This document shows, one piece after another, positions 9,841-20,010 of a stretch of DNA of 64,000 nt. The position numbers and the translations under genes are program-made. The notes beneath the pieces were generated by a model. The model saw only the letters and a program-made list of their open reading frames with translations, was not told where the DNA came from and searched no databases. This stretch comes from an uncultured Gemmatimonadales bacterium (lineage in GTDB: Bacteria; Gemmatimonadota; Gemmatimonadetes; Gemmatimonadales; GWC2-71-9): contig CAWJIM010000019.1 of assembly GCA_963842945.1 (NCBI GenBank), forward strand, positions 685,893 through 749,892, in the 5' to 3' direction. Numbering within the stretch: the first letter of the stretch is position 1; each line of letters starts with the position of its first letter.

Positions 9841-10067
9841 TTCTCGCCGCCGTCTTTCCTGGTGAGCGTCCGGATCAGGGAGTACATGGTCCCGCCGAAA
9901 CCCAGGAAGGCCGCGACCATCGTGATGATGCCCCCGGTGCCGAGCTTGCGATCGACCCACTGGCCGGCCAGGACACAGACCACGAGGATCACGGCCAGCT
10001 GCACGCCGAGCCCCGCGTAACGCATCGGCCCGGGCGCCTTTTGGCCGCCCGGATCAGGGTTGGTCAC
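9837..10067 (-). CDS. AtpZ/AtpI family protein
   Basis: GQWVDRKLGT motif, two TMs, first gene of the atp operon. Confidence 0.8.
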   Translation of the reverse strand: MTNPDPGGQKAPGPMRYAGLGVQLAVILVVCVLAGQWVDRKLGTGGIITMVAAFLGFGGTMYSLIRTLTRKDGGEK

Positions 10068-10152
10068 GGGGCAAACCTATCGGCTTGTGAAAAATTTCGC
10101 AAGGAAAGGAGAGCGGGCGGTACGGCGGTACGACGACGCTCGGTGGACGGCG

Positions 10153-10244
10153 CTGTCATCCCGAGGAGCGCAAGCGACGAGGATCTTCTCGACCCGGTCA
10201 CCGATGACCGTCGAGAAGATCCCTCGCTTCGCTCGGGATGACAG
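10153..10244. repeat. Palindromic REP/MITE-like element (CTGTCATCCCGAG...CTCGGGATGACAG)
   Basis: 13-bp terminal inverted repeat and inner GATCTTCTCGAC/GTCGAGAAGATC stem; flanked by GGCGGTA and TACCGCC heptamer repeats. Confidence 0.8.
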
Positions 10245-10314
10245 GTTAGGCTCGGTCCCCCTCACCGCCCTACCGCCCTACCGCCCTCCCCCACCACCCG
10301 GGTAATCTCAATCA

Positions 10315-11329
<1,015 letters not shown>

Positions 11330-11355
11330 GGCGAGAAGAGTGACGCGTGAAAAGT

Positions 11356-11394
11356 GAAAGGGGAAGAGGAGGGTGACCCTCCTCTTCCCCTTTC
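11356..11394. terminator. Probable bidirectional terminator hairpin
   Basis: Perfect 18-bp stem GAAAGGGGAAGAGGAGGG/CCCTCCTCTTCCCCTTTC between convergent genes. Confidence 0.8.
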
Positions 11395-11411
11395 GACCTT
11401 TCAGCCGGCGG

Positions 11412-12497
11412 TTACGCCACCGGGACGATCGGGTCCAGCAGATCCTCGAAGAAGTCGAACCCGCCGAGGAACACCAGATAGATCTCCTGGAGCGAGTGCA
11501 GCTCCTCCTCGCTCAGCGGCTCGCCGTCGGCGCCGGTGATCACCGGCTCAGCGCCCTGGGTCACGGTGATGGTCGCGAACGGATCGCCGTTCACCTCGAC
11601 GTTGTAGGTCCCGGCATTGTCGGCCCAGTTGCCGACGATCGTCACCGTGCCGTGCGGGCCGCGCAGCTCCAGGCTCGAGGACACGGCGCTGGTGTTCATG
11701 TTCCACTCTTCCTCGAGGTCCATCCGGAAGTTGCCGCGGGTCGGCACGCTGAGCGCGTAGTCGAACGTGATGATGTTTTCGGAATTGAGGTGCATGTCGA
11801 GATCGAAATTGACCCGGTCCTCACCGTTGCTCACGAACCCGGAGACGTTGATGGTGGCCGCAGTCTGGCTGGCTGTGGCGCCAACCGTGTAGTCGAGGTA
11901 GGTCACGTTGCCCGAGACCAGCTCGATCCTGATGCTGGCGGAATTCGTGGTCTGAGTGACCTCGACGTCGGCGTACCCGACTTCCTGCAGCGGCGTGACC
12001 GGCTGGCCGCTGATCGGATTCACCGTGTACACGATGAACCGCACCCCGTTCGAGGGCGCGCCGGTCCGGTCCGAGACCTCGTACTCCAGGGTCTCGGCGT
12101 TGCGGACGAAGGTCTTGCCGAGATGCTCCTCGAGAATCGCCGCCCGGCTCCCGACCGGCCGCATGCCGGCGGTCGGCACGGTGTAGAGGCGGGCAAGGGT
12201 GCTGGCATACTCCCGCGCGCCCGACTTGCCGGTCGCCATGATCTTGCTCGGCGCGGCGCGAAGGGCGACCGCCGCCGACGACTCGCCCAGCGTGGTGCTG
12301 ATCGCCGGCATGGCGCTCTGGAAGCCGTACATCGCGTCGCTCTCGTACGAGGCCTCGATCGCGTCGATGTCGGACGAGGTCCCCGCCGGATCGAACGGCG
12401 CGTCGGGAGCGGTGGAGTCGTTCCCACCGCAGCCGGTCATGAGGCCGATCAGGGCCACGACCGCGAGGGGTCGCATTGCGTAATGCGGGACACGCAT
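11412..12497 (-). CDS. Hypothetical lipoprotein
   Basis: Signal with lipobox LMTGC, beta-rich body, RBS GGAGG upstream. Confidence 0.75.
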   Translation of the reverse strand: MRVPHYAMRPLAVVALIGLMTGCGGNDSTAPDAPFDPAGTSSDIDAIEASYESDAMYGFQSAMPAISTTLGESSAAVALRAAPSKIMATGKSGAREYASTLARLYTVPTAGMRPVGSRAAILEEHLGKTFVRNAETLEYEVSDRTGAPSNGVRFIVYTVNPISGQPVTPLQEVGYADVEVTQTTNSASIRIELVSGNVTYLDYTVGATASQTAATINVSGFVSNGEDRVNFDLDMHLNSENIITFDYALSVPTRGNFRMDLEEEWNMNTSAVSSSLELRGPHGTVTIVGNWADNAGTYNVEVNGDPFATITVTQGAEPVITGADGEPLSEEELHSLQEIYLVFLGGFDFFEDLLDPIVPVA

Positions 12498-12630
12498 GGG
12501 GTATCGCCTCCGTACGTCGGGTGCAGGGATTGGGTCCGAAGCTGCCGTCGCAGGCCCACTTGCACGACCGGTGCAGGCGGGTGCGCGGGCTCGAGGTCGG
12601 CCCGGATTTCGGCCGGCCGGGAGGCGAGGG

Positions 12631-12645
12631 GCAACGGCCGTGCCG
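12631..12645 (-). promoter_or_regulatory. Sigma-54 (-24/-12) promoter candidate
   Basis: CGGCACGGCCGTTGC gives GG-N10-GC, close to the TGGCACG-N4-TTGC consensus, upstream of the lipoprotein gene. Confidence 0.55.
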
Positions 12646-12655
12646 AAAGGGAGGG

Positions 12656-12784
12656 TTACTTCTTGGTCACCGGGAGGCCGGCCTCGTTCCAGGCCGTCCA
12701 GCCTCCCAGCAAGGCCCTGGCCTTCTTCCATCCTGCCTGACGGAGCTCTCGCGCCACCCGGGCGCTTGTGGCTTCGTCCTTTCA
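12656..12784 (-). repeat. Displaced 3' end of the antiporter-rhodanese gene, copy 3 (probable original host end, attR-like)
   Basis: Starts at TGA and encodes KDEATSARVARELRQAGWKKARALLGGWTAWNEAGLPVTKK*; 12714-12784 is identical to 24619-24689 (71 bp). Confidence 0.9.
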
Positions 12785-13393
12785 AATAGATGTTCCCAAA
12801 CCACAAGGATCGGTACGGGGTAAGTCGGTACGCTTCCGTTAGTTTCCGACAATGAACCGCGCTTCGGTCGAGACCGTTTCCTGTGCAAGCAACGGAGTAG
12901 CGGAGAGCAGCGGGCAGAACACCAGCAAGCTGGTTGATCTCACTAGCACTCCCGTTTGGGCGGTTGGCCTACACTGCTCCTGCCACCTTCGTGGGAACTA
13001 GGCGGGGTGACGTCGTTTGTGGCGCCCTGGAGCAAGGTGGACTTTCAGCCACGAACGGTCGCGGGACTCACGAGATGTCGCGGGGCGACCGGCCCATCGC
13101 GGCGATGGACCGGGCGGACCGACTGATGCTTGGAGCAGTAGCGGGGATCACGACCCAAACGTAGACGCCGTTCCACTTCTACGATGTGGCGGCCCAGAGG
13201 ATGGGGGTGCGGGAGGCGCGTCAAGTGCCCGAGCGAAGCGTCCCCGCGTTATCTCTAGAGCTTACCCTTGTTTCTGTACCAGCTACTTCGGGCGGCCCGA
13301 AGACTTACGAGTTCACCGTGATGCAAGGGAGAGTGGAGTTCCTTAACGAGAAACCGTTTTAGCCCTTAGCTGGCATTCAGCTCGAACCCACAG

Positions 13394-13422
13394 CGGAATC
13401 TACGGACCGAGGGTCCAATGGG
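13394..13422 (+). repeat. 29-bp direct repeat, copy 1 (copy 2 at 19428-19456)
   Basis: CGGAATCTACGGACCGAGGGTCCAATGGG occurs twice. Confidence 0.9.
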
Positions 13423-13476
13423 GTCTGGGAGTTTCATGATTGCCCTCCCTACCGGGTATCACCCGGCATTTCGGCC

Positions 13477-13878
13477 TCACTCCGGCGGGTGATGAGCCGC
13501 ATGATTGGTCGTGTCAGCCGTCGCATCAGGGCTCGGCATCGCCTTCCGCCCGGGTGCCGTTGAGTCTTTCATCATCCCCATCATGCCCCCACGCTCCATC
13601 ATCTGATGCATGCGCTCCTGCATCGCCTTCCGCTGAACGACTAGCTCGTTTATGACGGCCGCCATGGACTGCACCTTCTGGTTGCCGCTTGTCCGATTCA
13701 TCCGATCCACAAGGCTGTCGAGACGGCGGTTGAGGGAATCCATCATCATCATCGACATCTGATTCTTGCCCGCGATTTCACGATGACCATCAGGAGTCGA
13801 CGCCCCGGGCTGCTGCGCGGCAACCGTTGAGGCGCTCAAGACCAGAGCGGCGATGCCGCCGACTAGTCGTGACATCAT
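13477..13878 (-). CDS. Secreted Met/His-rich putative metal-binding protein
   Basis: Signal peptide (STVAAQ), MSMMMM and MMGMM tracts, HAAHH tail. Confidence 0.7.
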   Translation of the reverse strand: MMSRLVGGIAALVLSASTVAAQQPGASTPDGHREIAGKNQMSMMMMDSLNRRLDSLVDRMNRTSGNQKVQSMAAVINELVVQRKAMQERMHQMMERGGMMGMMKDSTAPGRKAMPSPDATADTTNHAAHHPPE

Positions 13879-13905
13879 TTGTAGCCTCCGATTCGGTTTC
13901 CCAGC

Positions 13906-14214
13906 TTACGTCTGGACCCGTGACCACCACACGTAGCCCCCCAACGCGAGCAGCAGCAGCCAACAGGTCCAGTACGCCCACACCGTCCAACGCGGTCTCG
14001 CCTCCCCCAGGGAAGTGTCCAGATGGTGCTTCTGGTACATGGCCAGCGCGTGCACCACTCCACCCACCACCAAGAGCGGTACCGCCATTGTCTCCAAGGC
14101 CTCCTTGAATAGCAGGGCGAGGCCAGCTCCGAGCACACCAGCACCTAGACCGCCAAGCAGCTCTGTTCGCGCTCGCTCGCCGATGTACCTGCTGCTGGTC
14201 CGAAGCACCGTCAT
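13906..14214 (-). CDS. Small membrane protein
   Basis: Three hydrophobic segments, RBS upstream, lies in the copper operon. Confidence 0.6.
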   Translation of the reverse strand: MTVLRTSSRYIGERARTELLGGLGAGVLGAGLALLFKEALETMAVPLLVVGGVVHALAMYQKHHLDTSLGEARPRWTVWAYWTCWLLLLALGGYVWWSRVQT

Positions 14215-14348
14215 ACGCGCCTCACCAAGGAATCGACGGAAACGATAGCTCGGTTCTCATGAAGAACCGGTGAAGGTCGTGCGAGACTACCTTCAACGGT
14301 CACAGCCCTCGGCTGCACGGAAACCCACTGCAGCAGAGACATTAGCGG

Positions 14349-16529
14349 CTAGATAGCCGAGCGGCGCAGCAGCTGGGCATTCACGGCCACGATGATTGTG
14401 CTCAGTGACATCAGGACTGCTCCAATAGCAGGCGAGAGCAGGATGCCTTGCCGTGCCAATACCCCGGCGGCAAGCGGGATCGCCACCACGTTGTAGCCTG
14501 CCGCCCACCACAGGTTCTGGACCATCTTCCGGTAGGAGGCCCTGCTGAGCCGCACGATGCGCGGCACGTCTCTGGGGATCGCTCCGAACCAGCACGATGT
14601 CCCCAGCCTCAACTGCGACGTCGGTGCCAGCGCCGATGGCCACGCCAACATCGGCCGAGACCAAGGCCGGGGCATCGTTGACCCCGTCGCCCACCATGCC
14701 GACCCTTTCACCGGCTCGCTGAAGTTCTTGAATCTTGTTGACCTTGTCTTGCGGCAAGACCTCGGCGAACACTGTGTCGATGCCCAGCTCGGCAGCCACG
14801 GCCTCCGCCACCGGGCGTGCATCGCCGGTCAGCATCACCACTCTGATGCGCTGGTCGTGCAGCTCCTCGACCGCTGCCTTGGATTCCGGGCGTACCACAT
14901 CCGCCACGATGAACACGGCCAGCGCTTGCACGCTATGCTCACTGCCCGCTTCCTCGGCCAGGAAGATGGCGGCCTGTCCTCGCCTCGCGGCCTGATCCAT
15001 GGCTGTGCGCAGGGAATCGGGAACAACAACAGAGCGCGCCTTGAGCAACGCCGGGCCCCCTATCAATAGCGTCCGACCATCAACCCGCGCGCTGACCCCT
15101 ACGCCGGGAATGGCGCGGAAGTCGGTGGCTGGCGGCGAGACGATTCCCCGTTCCTTGGCAGACCGGACGATGCCCTGTGCGATGGTGTGCTCCGAGTCCC
15201 TCTCGACCGCTGCTGCCAGCTGCAGCGCCTCCTCGTCGGTAATGCCACCAGCGGTGGCGATGCCGACCACACCGAACTCGCCCCGCGTCAGGGTTCCGGT
15301 CTTGTCGAAGACCATGGCGGTGAGATTGCGGGCCTCCTCCAAGCCGCGCCGGTCCCGCACCAGGAGCCCAGCCCGTGCGCCCAGCGTGGTGGAGATGGCA
15401 ATGACCAGCGGCACGGCCAGGCCAAGGGCATGGGGGCAGGAGATCACCAGCACGGTGACCAGGCGCTCGACCGCGAACGCGGGATCGCCTCGGATGGTCA
15501 TCCACGCCACGAACGTCGCCGCCCCCGCGACGATGGCCGCAATGGTGAGCCAGAATGCCGCCCGGTCAGCCAAAGCCTGCGCCCGCGAGCGTGAGGACTG
15601 CGCCTGTTCGACCAGGCGCATGATGCCAGCGAGGGCGGTCTGTTCGCCCGTGCCGGTGACGCGGACACGTAGCGACCCAGCACCGTTTACCGTTCCGGCG
15701 ATCACACGGTCGCCCGGGCCTTCTTCACTGGTCGCGACTCGCCAGTGATCATGGACTCGTTGACCTCGCTCGCACCCTCCTCAACTACGCCATCGGCCGG
15801 GATACTCGCGCCGGGGCGTACCAGCACGAGGTCTCCGACCTTGAGCGCGCTGATCGGGACTTCCTCGACCTCCTCACCCGCCACTCGGAGCGCGGTGTTC
15901 GGCAGGAGCTTCGCCAGCTCACGTAGGGCACCCTGGGCCTGGGAAATCGACCGCATCTCGATCCAGTGGCCCAGGAGCATGATCGTGACCAGCGTGGACA
16001 GCTCCTCCCACAGCGGCATGCCCGGATAGCCCAGCGTCACGGCCGCGCTGAAGACGAACGCGACTGAGATGGCCAAGCCGATCAGCGTCATCATGCCGGG
16101 AAGCCGGGCGCGCAGCTCACGCCAGGCACCCTGGAGGAACACGAGTCCGCCGTAGAGGAACACCGCCGTCCCGAACACCGGCGCGATCCACTGTTGGCCG
16201 GGCAGATTGGGTGGTGTGTACCCGAGCGCCCGGGGCAGCATGTGGCCCCAGCACGAGCGTCGGAAGGGTGAGCGCCAGCGAGATCCAGAACTTGTCCCGG
16301 AACATCGCTACGCTGTGACCCGCATGTTTGTCGTGGCCTTCGTGCCCTGGATGCTCATTGTGTCCGCCGTGGCCCAGGTGGCCAGCGTGGCCTGTCATTT
16401 CTGGGTGTTCGGGGTGGCCCACCGCGACTGGCTCCTCGGCCATGGCACCGTGAACGTGATCATGAGCATGCCCCGGGGCGGTTGCCCATCGCCATTCCCT
16501 CCGGATGGCCGATCGGTGTGGTCCCTCAT
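14349..16529 (-). CDS. copB: Copper-translocating P1B-type ATPase, CopB-like (several frameshifts)
   Basis: His-rich N-terminus, [33 protein letters not shown] and MSLST motifs spread across frames. Confidence 0.9.
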
Positions 16530-17064
16530 GTCGCACTCATCTCCCTGGAAGTCTGCGCTCGGGCGCTCCCGATCCTGCCCCACGGCTTGTACACCGACAG
16601 TGCGGTGACGGTGAGCAAGACCAGAAGGCCACCCACCGCATGCACCACGAGCTGGATGCGCAACAGCCTGAAGTCGCCGGTGGACAATGTCGTGGCCACT
16701 GCGATTCGGGCCATGCGACTCACGTTCGGGATGTGCATCAACAAGACGCCCGTGGCGACCGTCGTCAGAACGAGCTTCGCCACGATCCAGTAGTGACGGA
16801 ACAGCCCCCACTCCGTCCCAAGTGCCTGAACGACTCCTGAGATCAGGGTGGCGAGGCTCGACGGAATGATGACAGCCCATCCAATCGGCTCCATGCTCCG
16901 ATAGGCGGCGCGTGCCATGTCGTCGTCTCGGCTGACGATGCCGACAACCGCGAGGGACAGGTAGCGGCAGCCGCGCCGAGCCAGCCAACCGATACGGTGA
17001 CGTGCGACGTCAAGACGAACTTGCGTAGGCGAGACGACATCATTCGTGGGCTCATAAGACTCAC
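16526..17064 (-). CDS. DUF2269-like membrane protein (frameshift near 16960)
   Basis: HVTVSVGWLG, WGLFRHYWIVAKL and LSVYKPWG motifs. Confidence 0.7.
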
Positions 17065-17105
17065 CTCAGTGCTGGTTCCGCACGGTAATGGTTAGGCTTG
17101 ACGGC

Positions 17106-18579
17106 CTACTCGTGCTCGTGATCGGGCATTACACCTCTGGGCATGCCCTCCTCCGGGTTCTCATCCCGATCTCCAGCGTGCGCCCGCTGCAGCAGCGTCG
17201 GCCGTAGCCGGACGTACAGCGCGAGGCCAGCAGGTGTGCGGGTGCCATAGGTGTCCTTGAGATCCTGGGGCACGAGGTTGAGCGAGCCCCGGAGACCCAG
17301 GCCGAGACTCGCGCCGCCGTACTGCACGACCTCCCGCACATAACCGAGCACGAGGCTGGACACGTTGAAGCGGGTCTCTGGGTTGATACCCGGCACGACC
17401 AGCTCCTCGGCGCTTTTCTGTACCCACTCGGCCCGGCCGAAGATGCTGTTCCGCTGGTCGAGCTGCAGGTTGGTCTCCAACAGGAGGCTGTGCTCGAACC
17501 CCTGCGACGGCTCTCTCGGCACCGTGTGCTTGTTTGCGCCGTAGACCAGCGCGCTGGCCCAATCGCCATCGCGGGCGATTCGCCTGGTGTACAGGATAGA
17601 CGCACTGAGCCGGTGCTGGTTTTCGTCGGGGTGCAGCTCCTCGGGACTCTTGAGGTAACCGTAGCTGGCCGCCATGCTCCAGTGCGGGGTCGGATTCGCT
17701 GTCAATCGCCCGCCGTAGGAGTCGAGCGCGCCGAAGTCGAAGTCGTAGCGGTCGTCATCGGGCTCGCGGCCCTGGAAAAGCGTGCCTTCCACCTGCACGG
17801 TGCGCGTGAATACGCCCGCCGTGACGACACCGTAGGTAATGTGGGTCGCGTCTTGCCAATGGTGCCCAAGTGGGGCGAACGGGTCGTTCTGGGCCGATGG
17901 ACGGTGCATGTAGGCCACCGGCCCGATGGCGGGCTCGCCAACAGGGGCCGCGAAGATTGAGACGCCGAGATTCCTCCCGACGGGCACCTCGTAGCGCGCG
18001 GAAAGCTCCATGAACAGATCGTGCGGGTGCTGCCGATCCCGGAGCGGCTCGCCTTGGTACGACTCGCCGGTCTGAAGCAAGCAGCGGGTAGCCGCGAGCG
18101 CCGACGGTGAGCGGTTCAGCGCTGAGCATTCCATGCAGGTGGAGCATACCGCGCCCGACCGGACGCATGGCCATGAGCATCGCCCAGTTGGTGCTGCCGA
18201 CCTGGTCGTCACCCCGCACTGTGCCTTGGTGGTCGTAGTACAAGGCCACATCTCCATGGACCATCAGCGTCCAGCGGTCGGCCATGAAGTGGTAGGCACG
18301 CATCGGAGACGCGTCGGGTAGCCATGACGTGCCGGAGCCCATCCTGGTCATGGGAATACCGAGCGGGCGCGGCGGCATCCCCATGCCCGGCATCTGCCCG
18401 GTGTTGGTGGTGTCACGCATGGCCATGGAGTCGGCTGACGTGTCTGCGTGCTCGGGCTGGTGGTGATGCTCGTGCTGCTGGGCACCGGCCACGGACCGAG
18501 CCCAGAGCAGGGCCAAGGCCAGCATCAGGAGCGCGTGCGGGTGCCCGGCCGCTTTTCGCCTGGCCAGTCGGTCAGGCAT
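17106..18579 (-). CDS. Putative outer-membrane beta-barrel metal-handling protein (frameshift near 18080)
   Basis: Signal peptide, HEHHH and Met-rich N-terminus, SGTSWLPDASPM, DRQHPHDLFMEL, HHWQDATHI, amphipathic beta strands. Confidence 0.75.
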
Positions 18580-18581
18580 CG

Positions 18582-18644
18582 TGATCCTCCTAGTCGTGGT
18601 GACCCTGGTGCCCGTGCGGCCCAGGTGAGCGGACTAGGCGATCA
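18582..18644 (-). promoter_or_regulatory. RBS-sequestering hairpin linking the leader-ORF stop to the downstream gene
   Basis: mRNA UGAUC-G-CCUAGUC pairs with GACUAGG-AG-GAUCA, which contains the AGGAGG SD; inner CCUGG/CCAGG stem. Confidence 0.7.
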
Positions 18645-19035
18645 GTTGTGGGGGTGGAGTATCCGGTGGAGGAAACGGCGGAGTGGGCCTGCCGACGGGC
18701 GAGATCGACCGCCACCCGGTGGCTAGAAGGTCATCAACTGTCGCACGCGATGGTGGGACCGCCGTGCTGGACGACCCGGTGCATGGCGAAACCTGGGCGC
18801 ACTCGGACGCGGGACAGTGGGCGCACCCGTGATCGTGGCGCTGGCTCCAAGATTGAAGGTCGTGTTCGTGTGCCATCGAGGACGAGGCTGCATGCTGCCC
18901 GGCCCGCTCGTGTTGGGCGCAGTGGGGCCGTTGCAAGGCGTCCACCCCGACGCTCGGCGTGGCTACGATGCCCAGGGCGAGCATGAGCAGACGAAGGACC
19001 CGAGAGGGCCACGAGTTGGGTGTTCCGACCATCAT
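18634..19035 (-). CDS. Secreted His/Cys-rich leader protein (CutF/CruR/DUF2946-like)
   Basis: Signal-like N-terminus, HDHGCAHCPASEC, C-terminal PPPDTPPPQLIA. Confidence 0.6.
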   Translation of the reverse strand: MMVGTPNSWPSRVLRLLMLALGIVATPSVGVDALQRPHCAQHERAGQHAASSSMAHEHDLQSWSQRHDHGCAHCPASECAQVSPCTGSSSTAVPPSRATVDDLLATGWRSISPVGRPTPPFPPPDTPPPQLIA

Positions 19036-19451
19036 GATTGGGACCATAGGCGCACCGACAATAAATCGCAAATGGAGCACGCCACCCCGGTAGCGTCCGG
19101 TTTTGACTGTAACACCTCCTATCTGTAGGTTGGTGGTGGCAAGCATCCCCGCCGGGGAGGACCTATGGCAGGGGCCAACTGCGGTTGCACCAAGGGCTGT
19201 TGCGATACAGGGTGTTGCTGCGGTACCAGCGCCTGCGAGTGCGGGTGAGCGCGGCGGGCGACTGAGCGAAGGCCGGGGAGCGTCCCCTGCCTTCTTCCGT
19301 TCTGCTACTCCACCCGCGCCGTCGCGGGGTCCATGAGCGCGAAGATGTCCTTCACCGTCCAAACCCATAGGGCATCGCGCCCCGATGGCCACCGGGCGTT
19401 TTGTATAAGTCAAAACCGGACACCAACCGGAATCTACGGACCGAGGGTCCA

Positions 19452-19619
19452 ATGGGAGCAAGATCGAAGGGGAACCCACCCCGGAAGCGGGGACCGAAGC
19501 CAGACACCTTGGTCCTGCCCGGCAAGTGGGAGAAGAACGTCGGGAAGGCCCTCAAGAAGCCACCGCCCAAGGCCAGCTGGCCCAAGCCACCGAACAAGAA
19601 GGGCCGGGGCGGCAGGTAG
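19452..19619 (+). CDS. Small Lys/Pro-rich hypothetical protein
   Basis: MGARSKGNPPRKRGPKPDTLVLPGKWEKNVGKALKKPPPKASWPK; ATG lies inside the 29-bp repeat. Confidence 0.5.
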   Translation: MGARSKGNPPRKRGPKPDTLVLPGKWEKNVGKALKKPPPKASWPKPPNKKGRGGR

Positions 19620-19658
19620 CCCCGGCCTTCGTTTTGACTTCTTGCCTAGCCCTGTGCG

Positions 19659-19802
19659 TCAAGTACCTACTCCTGGTTTTTTCACTACTTGTAAACCCGC
19701 TTCGTTCCACGCGATCCAGCCACCGACCAGCGCTCTGGCCTTCCTCCATCCCGCCTTTCGGAGCTCTCGCGCCACCCGGGCGCTTGTGGCTTCGTCCTTT
19801 CA
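19659..19802 (-). repeat. Displaced 3' end of the antiporter-rhodanese gene, copy 2
   Basis: Starts at TGA and encodes KDEATSARVARELRKAGWRKARALVGGWIAWNEAGLQVVKKPGVGT*. Confidence 0.9.
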
Positions 19803-20010
19803 GGAGAACGATCTACTAACACCAAGTGTCCGCGGATCCTGCCCGTCGGCCTTGTACTGGATCGGGAGCGGCAGGACACGCGGATCGTCGGGCGTCGCAG
19901 GCCCACTTGCACGACCGGAAATACCTTTCCGCTTTGCTCTGGCCGCTGCCAATGCCCAGCACTATCCTTTCTCAACTTCCCATTCCGACGTCCAATGCGA
20001 CAGGCCCTGA

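Larger units (their letters stand above)
12785..19802. mobile_element. Island A (copper-resistance cargo) bounded by direct repeats
   Basis: 44-bp identical core at 12741-12784 and 19759-19802; visibly less GC-rich; no integrase recognised. Confidence 0.7.

Noticed and set aside
12785..13390. Integrase remnant at the island A end
   Set aside because: None of the short ORFs shows tyrosine or serine recombinase motifs.
17091..17097. GCCTAAC (minus strand) after the barrel gene as an attC R'' box
   Set aside because: No L boxes or matching R' follow, and the intergenic gap is too short.
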